Assembly: GCA_051859245.1 (NCBI GenBank)
Contig: JBHYGA010000001.1
Coordinates: 704,001-768,000 of the forward strand
Length of the DNA: 64,000 bases
Source: Gemmatimonadaceae bacterium
Lineage (GTDB): Bacteria; Gemmatimonadota; Gemmatimonadetes; Gemmatimonadales; Gemmatimonadaceae
Direction of reading: 5' to 3'
In this document: piece by piece, positions 1 through 8,978 of the stretch
Numbering within the stretch: the stretch's first letter is position 1
Layout: every line of letters begins with the position of its first letter
The notes under the pieces: model-generated
The model's database searches: none
What the model was told of the DNA's origin: nothing
The model's input: the letters and a program-made list of their open reading frames with translations, nothing else
Made by a program: the position numbers and the translations under genes

Positions 1-517
1 CCACAATGTCGAGCGAGCCCGTGACGGCGGCCCAACCCACAAGTGGTGGGAACGCACCGGCGGCGCCACCAATCACAATGTTCTGCGGCGACGAACGCTT
101 GAGCCACCGAGTGTAGATGAACACATAGAAGTAAAAGCCCGACAACGCGAGTGCGGCCGTCAACACGTTCACAAAAAACGCGAGCATCCACGTGGCTGCC
201 GCGGCGCACGCCACACCAAACGCGAGCACCTGTTGCGGCGACATGCGTCCACTGGGAATCGGACGCAAACGTGTGCGCGCCATGATGTCGTCGATATCAC
301 GATCGAGATACATGTTGACCGCGTTCGCGCCACCGGCCATCAGGTATCCGCCGAGCATCACCAGCAGCACCGTCCAGATGGATGGCGAACCTGCGGCGTA
401 CATGGGCGCGGCCGTTGTCACGAGCAGCAGCGAGATGATGCGCGGCTTGGTGAGCGCGATCAGGTCACGGCCAAGTCCTGGTGCTGGCGCGGCGCCCGGA
501 ATCGGAGACGCGCTCAC
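1..517 (-). CDS. cyoE: heme o synthase / protoheme IX farnesyltransferase (3' end outside window)
   Basis: Manual translation from GTG at 517: ...LTKPRIISLLLVT...GGANAVNMYLDRDID...RTRLRPIPSGR...YTRWLKR...NIVIGGAAGAFPPLVGWAAVTG, typical CtaB/CyoE motifs; not in ORF track because it runs off the edge. Confidence 0.92.
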   Translation of the reverse strand, partial: MSASPIPGAAPAPGLGRDLIALTKPRIISLLLVTTAAPMYAAGSPSIWTVLLVMLGGYLMAGGANAVNMYLDRDIDDIMARTRLRPIPSGRMSPQQVLAFGVACAAAATWMLAFFVNVLTAALALSGFYFYVFIYTRWLKRSSPQNIVIGGAAGAFPPLVGWAAVTGSLDIV

Positions 518-810
518 GAGATCACCGCGCCAATCGATACCCGGGTCGGTGTGATGTCCACCGGGTGTCGCAGCTGCCACGCCCAGACAAACACCGCGAC
601 CAGGGCCACGACCGGGAGCACGACCCACGCCATCTCGAGCGGACGCGACGCCGGCCGCAGACGGCCCGCCGCGCGACCGTCGGCCGCGGGGCCCGCAATC
701 GGGGGCGGCGCGGGGAAAAAGACCGCCTTCAGGATGAACAGCTGCGCCACGGCACACGCCGCAACAGCAACCCAGAACAGCGTGTCATAGACTGCAACAG
801 ACATAAGCAT
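514..810 (-). CDS. small two-TM membrane protein resembling the cytochrome oxidase subunit II transmembrane region
   Basis: Two hydrophobic segments; RPLEMAWVVLP resembles Cox2 LEIxWTxxP; GTGA overlap with cyoE start. Confidence 0.6.
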   Translation of the reverse strand: MLMSVAVYDTLFWVAVAACAVAQLFILKAVFFPAPPPIAGPAADGRAAGRLRPASRPLEMAWVVLPVVALVAVFVWAWQLRHPVDITPTRVSIGAVIS

Positions 811-907
811 CAGGGCGCTTGAGCGCCGCCTCGGAAACTGGTAGTAGAGCCGAGAGAAACTTCACCCCCGTGCGTTAGAGCGGCAAGCGCACTAGCTTCG
901 CCTTCGT

Positions 908-2281
908 ATGCCCACCCAACCACACGCCGCGCCCTCCCCGCGCGCCCAGGAGCTGCCTCGCCAGCTCGGACTCTTCTCCGCCATCGCCGTTCTCGTGGGT
1001 TCCACGATTGGCTCTGGCATCTTTCGGTCCCCAGCCGGCATTGCCGATAAGCTGCCGGGGCCCGCGCCCATGCTCATTGTGTGGTCGGTGGGCGGCCTGT
1101 TTGCCCTCTGCGGAGCGCTCACGCTGGCCGAACTGGCGGGCGCACTGCCCAAAACGGGCGGCATGTACGCCTACATCCGGGAGGGGTGGGGCAGGCTGCC
1201 CGCGTTCCTCTTCGGGTGGACCGAGTTGCTGCTCGTGCGCGCGGCGGCGCTGGGCGCGATTTCCATCACGTTCGCGGAATATTCCATGCGCGGCGTTGGG
1301 TTTGACCCGGCGCTTGAGCCGTACGCCACGTATGCGCGCTTCCTGGCGGCCGGTGCGCTGGCGCTGATGGCCACTATCAACATTGTGGGCCTCCGCTGGG
1401 GTTCGATGGTCCAAAACGTAACCACCATTGCCAAGTACGGTGGTTTGGTGATCATCGTGCTGCTCGCGTTCGCCATCGGCCTCCCGAAAACCGGTGGCAA
1501 TTTCACGCCGGCCGTGCCGCCTGGCAGCTTTTCCGTGAGCGCCTTTGGCCTGGCGCTCGTGTCGGTGTTGTGGGCCTTTGACGGCTGGGCAGACTTGTCG
1601 AAAGTCGGCGGTGAGGTCAAGGATCCGCGTCGTAACCTGCCGCGTGGCATTGTGTTAGGCACGCTGGCCGTGATCGCGATCTATCTTCTGGCCAACGTGG
1701 CGTATCTCTCGGTGCTCACCATCGACGAAATCCGCGTGGCGCGCCTTGTCGCGGCGGACGTGGCCGAACGGCTCGTGGGTCCGATTGGCGTGACGCTCGT
1801 GTCGCTCACGGTCATGATCAGCACCTTCGGCTCGATCAATGGCTCCATGCTCACCGGTCCACGCGTGTTTTTCGCGCTGGCCGACGACAAGCTGTTCTTC
1901 ACGAAGGTCGCGTCGGTACACCCGAAGTTTCAGACGCCGTACGTGGCCGTGGGACTCGCGGCGGCGCTTGGCATTGGCTTCGTTTTGCTTCGGTCGTTCG
2001 AGCAGCTGGCGGACATTTTTGTCACGGCTTCGCTCGTGTTCTATATCCTTGGCGTATCGGCCATTTTCCCGCTGCGTCGCCGCAAGGATTGGGATCCCTC
2101 GGTGCGCGTGCCGCTCTATCCGATCGTGCCGTTGATGTTCATTGCGGCCACGCTGTTCCTGCTCGTGAACTCGATCATGGATCCCGGGGCGCGACTCGGT
2201 ACACTGGCGGTGCTGGGCGTGATCGCGGCGGGCATTCCCGTTTACTACATGACCGTGGGCCGGAAGTCCAACGCGGCCTGA
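908..2281 (+). CDS. APC family amino acid permease
   Basis: GSTIGSGIF, AELAGALPKTGGMYAY, FDGW, GEVKDPRRNLP motifs; about 12 TM segments. Confidence 0.92.
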   Translation: MPTQPHAAPSPRAQELPRQLGLFSAIAVLVGSTIGSGIFRSPAGIADKLPGPAPMLIVWSVGGLFALCGALTLAELAGALPKTGGMYAYIREGWGRLPAFLFGWTELLLVRAAALGAISITFAEYSMRGVGFDPALEPYATYARFLAAGALALMATINIVGLRWGSMVQNVTTIAKYGGLVIIVLLAFAIGLPKTGGNFTPAVPPGSFSVSAFGLALVSVLWAFDGWADLSKVGGEVKDPRRNLPRGIVLGTLAVIAIYLLANVAYLSVLTIDEIRVARLVAADVAERLVGPIGVTLVSLTVMISTFGSINGSMLTGPRVFFALADDKLFFTKVASVHPKFQTPYVAVGLAAALGIGFVLLRSFEQLADIFVTASLVFYILGVSAIFPLRRRKDWDPSVRVPLYPIVPLMFIAATLFLLVNSIMDPGARLGTLAVLGVIAAGIPVYYMTVGRKSNAA

Positions 2282-2348
2282 CGGGTCGCGATGACGATGC
2301 CACCAGCCGGCGGGTCACCATCCGTGACGCGCCGGTTACACCAGTTGC

Positions 2349-2377
2349 TTGCCGAGGTTCCAGGGCGCTCCTAGCTT
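2349..2377 (+). promoter_or_regulatory. putative sigma70 promoter for the first TonB-dependent receptor
   Basis: TTGCCG-N17-TAGCTT in the intergenic region. Confidence 0.4.
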
Positions 2378-2461
2378 TCGGTTCGTTACAATCGAACCAG
2401 CACAATGGGTACGTCTACCCATTGTTGGTGCAAGCGCGTTCCATCTTCCTCTTCAGGTCAC

Positions 2462-5400
2462 ATGCGCATACAGCGTTGGTTGAGTGTGGCAGTCGCGGCG
2501 ATTGCTTTTGTGATGAGCAATGTCAGCGAAGTCGCCGCACAGGGACTCACGACAGGTGCCGTTGGCGGACTCGTCACGGACAACCTCGATCGCCCGGCAG
2601 AGGGCGTCCAAGTGCAGATTCGAAATCAGGCCACCGGCTTCAGCGCAGGTGGCCTGACGCGTTCCAACGGTCGGTATCTCGTACAGGGACTCGCCGTTGG
2701 TACGTACACGGTGACGATTCGCCGCATCGGCTTTGAGCCGGTCACCCGTGACAACATTCAGGTGACGCTCGGTCAGACGACCGTGGTGGATGTGGCGCTG
2801 AAAGAAGCCACGACGCAGATCGCGGGCGTCACGATCACCGGCGCGGGTACGGGTGCTGATTTCTCGCCGTCCAAGCAGGGGGCGGGCACTGTGTTGAATG
2901 ACACCATCATTCGCCGCATCCCCACGCTGAACCGCAACTTCACGGATCTCACACGCGCGACACCGCAGGTCTCGCAGCCGCAGGCTGGCGGTGGTCCGTC
3001 GGCGGGTGGTGTGTACAACCGATTCAACAACTACACCGTTGACGGTGTGAATCAGAACGATCGCTTCAGCCTCAGCGGATCAAGTGGCACGCCGGGTGGC
3101 GCCACCAACGGCCGCATCATGTCGATTGAAGCCGTCAAAGAGTTCCAGGTGTTGCTGAGCCCGACCGACGTGCGCTACGGCAACTTTGCCGGCATGCTCG
3201 TGAATGCGGTGACCAAGAGCGGTACAAATCAGTGGCAGGGTGGCGCGACGTATACGTTCCGCACGCCGCAGATGGCGTACGACACGCTGTTCATTCGCGG
3301 CTCGGATTTTGACGTGAAGCAGTTTGGCTTCTCGCTTGGTGGCCCGATCATCAAGGACAAGCTGCACTTCTTCGTTGCGCCGGAGTTCCAGCAGCGCACG
3401 GATCCGACGGCTGGTCCGTCTGTCGACGTCGCGGGCAACCGAATCGGTGACGTATCCCTCGATTCAATCTCGCGCATCGCGCAGATCATGTCGGCTCGCG
3501 GGCTCGACGTGGGAACCACAGCGTCGATCCGCCGTGAAAACCCGCTCTCAAATCTGTTCGGCCGATTGGACTGGCAGATCAATGGCGCCAACCGTCTGGC
3601 GTTCCGTCAGTTGTACAACACGGCGGAGCAGGATGAGTTCTCTCGCAACGTGAACAACTTCAATACAAACGTTGGCCAGCAGAACTCCGGCATTCGCCTC
3701 ACTTCGAACGCGTTCTCGCGCAAGAATACGAATATCTCGTCCGTGGCCACTCTCTACACCACGGGCCAGAGTGGCTGGAGCAATGAGCTCTCGATTGGCT
3801 ACAACACCATCAAGGACGAGCGCATTGTCCCGGTGAACACGCCGGAAATCGCGGTGGCGGTCACGCCCATCGGCGGCACGGCACCAAACCGGCCCGTGAC
3901 GTTCGGAACCGAGCGCTTCTCGCCTGGCAATCTGCTTGAGCAGCGCATCCTCGAAGTGAGCAACAACTTCACCAAGTCGTTTGGTGATCACACGCTCACG
4001 TTTGGTGGCCGCTACGAGAACACGTACATCTACAACTATTTCCTCTCGGGCGCGGCCAACGGCGCGTACATCTTCCCGAGCATCGCACGGTTACAGGCGG
4101 GCACGCCCAGCGGCTACGCGTTCTCCTACGCGAACGGTGGCGATATTGAGGCCGAGTTCAGCGGTCAGCAGCTGACGGCCTACGCGCAGGACTTGTGGAA
4201 CGTCTCGCGCAACTTTGCCGTCACGTACGGCGTGCGCGTGGATCTGCCGAGCTATCTCGATTCGCCGGTGCTCAACCAGGATATCCTCACGCGTTCTACC
4301 GCCGCTGGCAAGGAAGTGCGCACGGACTGGACGCCTGAGAGCGCACCGCTCTTCTCGCCGCGCATTGGATTTAACTGGAATGTGAACGGCGATTTCACCA
4401 CGCAGGTGCGCGGCAACATTGGCATCTTCACGGCGCCAGTACCGTACATCATGTCAGGTAACGCGTACTCCAACACGGGTTTGGGCGGCGTCACGGTGTC
4501 ATGCACCGAAGCGGCCGGCAACGTGCCTGTGTTTACCACGGATCTGTCGCAGCTGCCGACGTCGTGCGCCGGTACCGCGCCGCCAGTGCCGGGTGCTGCG
4601 GGTACGGTTGGTATCAACACCAACGATCCGAACTTCAAGAATCCGCAGAACCTCACGGCGTCGTTTGGCTTTGACCGCAAGCTGCCGGCTGGTTTTGTCT
4701 TTACGTTCGAAGGTCTGTATCGCAAGGCGATCAACGGCATGTACCTCGAAGACCTGAACTTCCGTGGTCCGCGCGAGGTGGGTGGCCAGCCGTACACGAC
4801 CAACACCGGCCGCGTGATCTACGCGGATACGATCACGACCAACGCGACGGGAGCCGTGACGGTCAATAACAACAGCCGTCGTCTGATCACCGCCACGGGT
4901 ACGAACAACCTGAACTTCGCCGAAGGTATCGTGCACCTCACGAACCAGTCGGCGGATTACAACTACACGTTGACCGGGCAGTTGCGTCGTCGCTTTGACC
5001 GTTCGCTGGAAATCGCGGGCGCCTACACGTTCATGCAGTCCAAGGACGTGCAGTCGCTCACGTCGGACCGTGCGATCTCGAACCTGCGCAACGGCAACCA
5101 GACGGGCGGCATCATTAACGACAAGACCAACGTTGGTACGTCGTACTTCGAGCGTCCGCATCGTGTGCTTGTGTTCGGCACGTACACGGCGCCGTGGACC
5201 AATGCACAAACTGACATCACCTTCTCGTGGGAAGGCATGTCCGGCACGCCATTTACTTACACCATCAATTCGGATGTAAACGGCGACGGCATTATCTCGA
5301 ACGATCCGATTTACATTCCGCGCAACGGAGCCGATCCGAGCGAGATTCGAATTGGCACCGGACTTGGCACGGCCTTCGCGCCAAACGCGGCAGCTGCCGC

Positions 5401-5809
5401 CGACTTCGAGTCGTTCATTGCCAAGCAGGATTGTCTCTCGTCGCAGCGCGGCCAGATCATGGAGCGCAACTCCTGCACGTCGCCATGGCAGAACCGCATT
5501 GACGTGTCCATTCGTCAGTCGCTGCCGCGTGTGCGCGGTCAGTCGGCCACGTTGCAGCTCGACATCTTCAACGCGGCCAACTTTGTGAATCGGGCGTGGG
5601 GCCGCATCCTGCTCCCCGTCGCGTCGCCCGACTTCCCGCAGCAGAATATTCTGACCGTTCGCAATCGCCAGGCGGCGCCGCTGTCGAGCGAAACGGCCAA
5701 CGGCTACGAGTTCGACAACCGCCTCCGCACGGGTCCGCTGTTCACCCCGTCGCCGAATCGCACGTCCGACTTGTACCAGCTCCAGCTCACGCTGCGTCTG
5801 GCGTTCTGA
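2462..5809 (+). CDS. TonB-dependent receptor (Oar-like, N-terminal carboxypeptidase-regulatory-like domain)
   Basis: Signal peptide from ATG 2462 (ORF track opens at 2405); IPTLNRNFTDL, SIEAVKEFQV, VTKSGTN, SPRIGFNW; C-terminal aromatic residue (LRLAF). Confidence 0.9.
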   Translation: MRIQRWLSVAVAAIAFVMSNVSEVAAQGLTTGAVGGLVTDNLDRPAEGVQVQIRNQATGFSAGGLTRSNGRYLVQGLAVGTYTVTIRRIGFEPVTRDNIQVTLGQTTVVDVALKEATTQIAGVTITGAGTGADFSPSKQGAGTVLNDTIIRRIPTLNRNFTDLTRATPQVSQPQAGGGPSAGGVYNRFNNYTVDGVNQNDRFSLSGSSGTPGGATNGRIMSIEAVKEFQVLLSPTDVRYGNFAGMLVNAVTKSGTNQWQGGATYTFRTPQMAYDTLFIRGSDFDVKQFGFSLGGPIIKDKLHFFVAPEFQQRTDPTAGPSVDVAGNRIGDVSLDSISRIAQIMSARGLDVGTTASIRRENPLSNLFGRLDWQINGANRLAFRQLYNTAEQDEFSRNVNNFNTNVGQQNSGIRLTSNAFSRKNTNISSVATLYTTGQSGWSNELSIGYNTIKDERIVPVNTPEIAVAVTPIGGTAPNRPVTFGTERFSPGNLLEQRILEVSNNFTKSFGDHTLTFGGRYENTYIYNYFLSGAANGAYIFPSIARLQAGTPSGYAFSYANGGDIEAEFSGQQLTAYAQDLWNVSRNFAVTYGVRVDLPSYLDSPVLNQDILTRSTAAGKEVRTDWTPESAPLFSPRIGFNWNVNGDFTTQVRGNIGIFTAPVPYIMSGNAYSNTGLGGVTVSCTEAAGNVPVFTTDLSQLPTSCAGTAPPVPGAAGTVGINTNDPNFKNPQNLTASFGFDRKLPAGFVFTFEGLYRKAINGMYLEDLNFRGPREVGGQPYTTNTGRVIYADTITTNATGAVTVNNNSRRLITATGTNNLNFAEGIVHLTNQSADYNYTLTGQLRRRFDRSLEIAGAYTFMQSKDVQSLTSDRAISNLRNGNQTGGIINDKTNVGTSYFERPHRVLVFGTYTAPWTNAQTDITFSWEGMSGTPFTYTINSDVNGDGIISNDPIYIPRNGADPSEIRIGTGLGTAFAPNAAAAADFESFIAKQDCLSSQRGQIMERNSCTSPWQNRIDVSIRQSLPRVRGQSATLQLDIFNAANFVNRAWGRILLPVASPDFPQQNILTVRNRQAAPLSSETANGYEFDNRLRTGPLFTPSPNRTSDLYQLQLTLRLAF

Positions 5810-5868
5810 TCGCGATGGCGCGCCACCCCGGGTGAATCCGGGCTCGCCGCCACGCAGGGACGGATTGC

Positions 5869-5906
5869 TCGAGGGGGCTCTCATGGCGAGAGCCCCCTCG
5901 ACGTTT
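5869..5906 (+). terminator. stem-loop / probable terminator after receptor 1
   Basis: Perfect 14-bp stem TCGAGGGGGCTCTC-atggc-GAGAGCCCCCTCGA; weak T tail. Confidence 0.6.
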
Positions 5907-6069
5907 CGACGCCTGTTGGCTTGCGTCGTTTCGGTCGGCACAGTTCGTTTGTAACGGACGTTACGCCCTCGTGACGTGACATTCGAACTGCACGCGGTGT
6001 TCGGTGGTTTTGTTTGACATTGCGCCGTGTCGCTCCGGCACGCGCGAACCTTCGCTCGACCCTTCCATC

Positions 6070-7977
6070 ATGCCTTCTTCTTATGCAGTAGGTGCCCGCG
6101 GCCTCGCGCTCAAGCGACGACTGGCCTCGAGGTCTTCCGCCGTCGCCGCCGCCGCTGTGGCTCTGTTCGCGCTTGGCGCGTGTGACGAAGCGGTCGCGCC
6201 CGCCGGACAATCCGCGGCCGTCGACGTGCGCGTCTATCTTGATCGCGACGCGTCGGGCTCGTTTTCCGCGCCGGACAGCGGCTTGGCCGGCGTCGCCCTC
6301 ACGCTCGTGCCCACCAGCGGCCCTGAGATCGCGCTCAGCGCGACATCGGATGCCCAGGGCATTGCAACCTTCACCGAGGTGCAGCCGGGAGCCTACACGC
6401 TCACGCTGCCATCCACGGCCCCGGCGGGGACCGTGCTCGCCACGGCCAGTGCGCCGCGCGTGGTGGTGAGCGCCATCGGTCAGGTGCAAGCGCCGGAAGT
6501 CCGATACGCGTGGATGCCCGGTAGCATTTCGGGCCGCATCTTCCGCGACGATGACGCGAGCGGCGCCTTCTCCACGGGCGACACACCTGGCGCGGGTCTG
6601 TTCGTCGTGCTCTCGCGCGGCACCACACGCGTTGACTCGTTGCTCGCCGACGAGCAGGGAGCCTTCCGCTTCCCGTTCCTGACGCCCGGCAGCTATACGG
6701 TGCGTCTCGAAAATCCCGGCACGATCACGTATGCCGGCGGAGCCACGCGCACCATCGCGGTGAACGCGTCGTCGATGAATACGGTCTCGGCGATCTTCAC
6801 CGGCGCGCTGGTCATTCCGATCGCCGAAGCGCGCGCGCGGCCCGTTGGCGCGACCGTCGCGGTCATTGGCAATCTCGTGGTGCGGCCGGGCCGATTCACA
6901 TCGGGGGCGAACTCCGAGCTGTGGATTCAGGACAACACGGGTGGCATCGCGGCCTTCTCGGTGCCAACGGCCGACAGTGCGCAGTATCAGCTGGGTGACC
7001 GACTCGAAGTCTCCGGCGCGCGCAGCGCTTTCAGCCAGCAGTCGCAGATCAACATTGCCCGGATTTCGAACCTTGGTCCCGGTACGGTGCCGGCGCCCGT
7101 GTCGCAGTCGGCGGCGCAAGTCAACGCACTCACCCTGGATGGTCAGTTGGTGCGCGTGGCCAATCTCACGGTCACGTCAATCCCCACCGGCACCGGCGCG
7201 GCATTCACGGTGGTGTCGGAAGACGCGTCAGGAACGCGCGTTGAGCTTCGCATCGCGGGACTCGGCACCGGGCTTTCACGTGCGAGCTTCACCGTGGGTT
7301 CTCGCTACACCATCACCGGCGTGCTGACGCGCTTTAACGCGACAGCGCAAATCAAGATTCGCGATGTGAACGACGTGCAGGCTGGTATTCCGGTCACACC
7401 GATTGCGACCGTGCGCAGTGCTGGCGTCAATGGCACATCGTACACGATTGCTGGACGCATTACGGCCGCGCCGGGATCCTTCACGAGCGGCACGAACAAT
7501 GTGAACTCTGAAATCTGGGTGCAGGACGCAACAGGCGGCATCGCGGTATTCTCAGCGCCGACCGCAGATTCCACGACGCTCGCCCTTGGCACGCTTGTGG
7601 AAGTGGCCGGCGCGCGCAGCGCGTTCAGCGGGCAGTTGCAGCTCGGCTCGCCTGTCATCACGCGCGTTGGTGCCGGCTCGGCGATTACGCCGGTTGTGCA
7701 GACGGCCACGCAGGTTGCCGCGCGAACCCTCGAAGGTCAGCTCGTGACAATGCCCGGCTTCACGGTCACCACGATTGGTGGCGGCACAGGCGCCGCATTT
7801 ACGGTCACTGGCACCGCAGACGGCACGCCCATTCAGGTGCGAGTCGGCGGCGCGCTGCGAGGACTGTCCCGCACCTCGTTTACCGTCGGTAATACGTACT
7901 CGATTACCGGCATTCTCACGCAGTTCAACGGCACCGCGCAGATCAAGCCGCGCGTGGCAAGTGATGTGACCCCATGA
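6070..7977 (+). CDS. lipoprotein with two SdrD-B/prealbumin-like domains and a duplicated pair of OB-fold domains (YhcR/DUF5689-like)
   Basis: Lipobox LGAC; VYLDRDASG and IFRDDDASG repeats; internal duplication ELWIQDNTGGIAAF / EIWVQDATGGIAVF and ITGVLTRFN...QIKIR / ITGILTQFN...QIKPR; no catalytic nuclease domain seen. Confidence 0.75.
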   Translation: MPSSYAVGARGLALKRRLASRSSAVAAAAVALFALGACDEAVAPAGQSAAVDVRVYLDRDASGSFSAPDSGLAGVALTLVPTSGPEIALSATSDAQGIATFTEVQPGAYTLTLPSTAPAGTVLATASAPRVVVSAIGQVQAPEVRYAWMPGSISGRIFRDDDASGAFSTGDTPGAGLFVVLSRGTTRVDSLLADEQGAFRFPFLTPGSYTVRLENPGTITYAGGATRTIAVNASSMNTVSAIFTGALVIPIAEARARPVGATVAVIGNLVVRPGRFTSGANSELWIQDNTGGIAAFSVPTADSAQYQLGDRLEVSGARSAFSQQSQINIARISNLGPGTVPAPVSQSAAQVNALTLDGQLVRVANLTVTSIPTGTGAAFTVVSEDASGTRVELRIAGLGTGLSRASFTVGSRYTITGVLTRFNATAQIKIRDVNDVQAGIPVTPIATVRSAGVNGTSYTIAGRITAAPGSFTSGTNNVNSEIWVQDATGGIAVFSAPTADSTTLALGTLVEVAGARSAFSGQLQLGSPVITRVGAGSAITPVVQTATQVAARTLEGQLVTMPGFTVTTIGGGTGAAFTVTGTADGTPIQVRVGGALRGLSRTSFTVGNTYSITGILTQFNGTAQIKPRVASDVTP

Positions 7978-8978
7978 ACTCCTCCATGACTGCTTTCACT
8001 CGTCGCACCAGACGTGCCGCGCTCGTGTGCAGCGCGTTCGCCATCGCCGCGTGCGCTGAAGAGCCGGCGCCCGTGGTGGCGGTTGCTGAAACCGGCAGCG
8101 TTTCGGGCATCCTGTTTTTTGACCGTGATAACAACGACGTGTTCACACCCACCAACGGCGATTCGATCATGCCGGGCGTGACGGTGCGATTGCTTGATCG
8201 CGGCACGACATCGGTGCTGGGATCCACCGTAACAGGCGCCGACGGACGCTACGCAATCAATGTGCCCGTGGGCACGCATGATCTCGACGTGGTGCGCTCA
8301 TCGGCCATCATTGCGAACCAGTTCATTTGGTGCGGCGCGCGTCCGAGCGTGTACGCGAACGAAGAAACGTTCGTGGCGACGCCGCTCAAGTTTGGTTGCG
8401 TGATTCGCATCAATCTGGCCAAGCCCAATCCGCTCGGCACAACGGTAACGATCGCCGGTGTGGTCACGGCGCAGCCTGGCCGGTTCCGCAATGACAACAT
8501 GTACATCCAGGATCAGACGGGCGGTATTCAGGTGTTCGGCGTATCGGCGGCACTCGGACTGCTCGAAGGTGACAGTGTTGAAGTCACGGGCGAGCTGGCG
8601 GCGTTCAACGATCAGTTGCAGATCAACGCCCCGCGCATCGCGGCCAACGTAAAGCGTGGCGTCACGATACCTGATCCTGTGCTGATTACCACGGGGCAGG
8701 CTGCATCGGCGACGACGCAGCTGTCACCAAACATTGGACGCCTGGTTCGTGTGCAGAAAGTGACCGTGGGAACGTTCGCGAGCGGCAACGCGCCAATGGA
8801 TGACGGATCTGGCGGTACGCTGCTGCGACTCGACTCGAATGCCAATACAACAATCGGGACTGGCCGATTCACGGCTGGTACCTGCTACAACATCACCGGG
8901 ATCCTCGGCTTTTTCCGTGGCGCAACGCAGTTGCAGCCGCGTGGACCCCAGGACGTGACGGAGGTTTCGTGCTCGTAA
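7974..8978 (+). CDS. lipoprotein with SdrD-B-like domain and one OB-fold pair
   Basis: Lipobox IAAC; FFDRDNN; VTIAGVVT...MYIQDQTGGIQVF...GDSVEVTG; ITGILGFF...QLQPR; ATGA overlap with upstream gene. Confidence 0.75.
   Translation: MNSSMTAFTRRTRRAALVCSAFAIAACAEEPAPVVAVAETGSVSGILFFDRDNNDVFTPTNGDSIMPGVTVRLLDRGTTSVLGSTVTGADGRYAINVPVGTHDLDVVRSSAIIANQFIWCGARPSVYANEETFVATPLKFGCVIRINLAKPNPLGTTVTIAGVVTAQPGRFRNDNMYIQDQTGGIQVFGVSAALGLLEGDSVEVTGELAAFNDQLQINAPRIAANVKRGVTIPDPVLITTGQAASATTQLSPNIGRLVRVQKVTVGTFASGNAPMDDGSGGTLLRLDSNANTTIGTGRFTAGTCYNITGILGFFRGATQLQPRGPQDVTEVSCS

Noticed and set aside
192..822. Plus-strand ORFs of 113-185 aa
   Set aside because: Antisense shadows of cyoE and its upstream gene; no recognisable motifs
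4499..7119. Long minus-strand ORFs (480 and 412 aa)
   Set aside because: Shadow frames of the receptor and OB lipoprotein, typical of high-GC DNA
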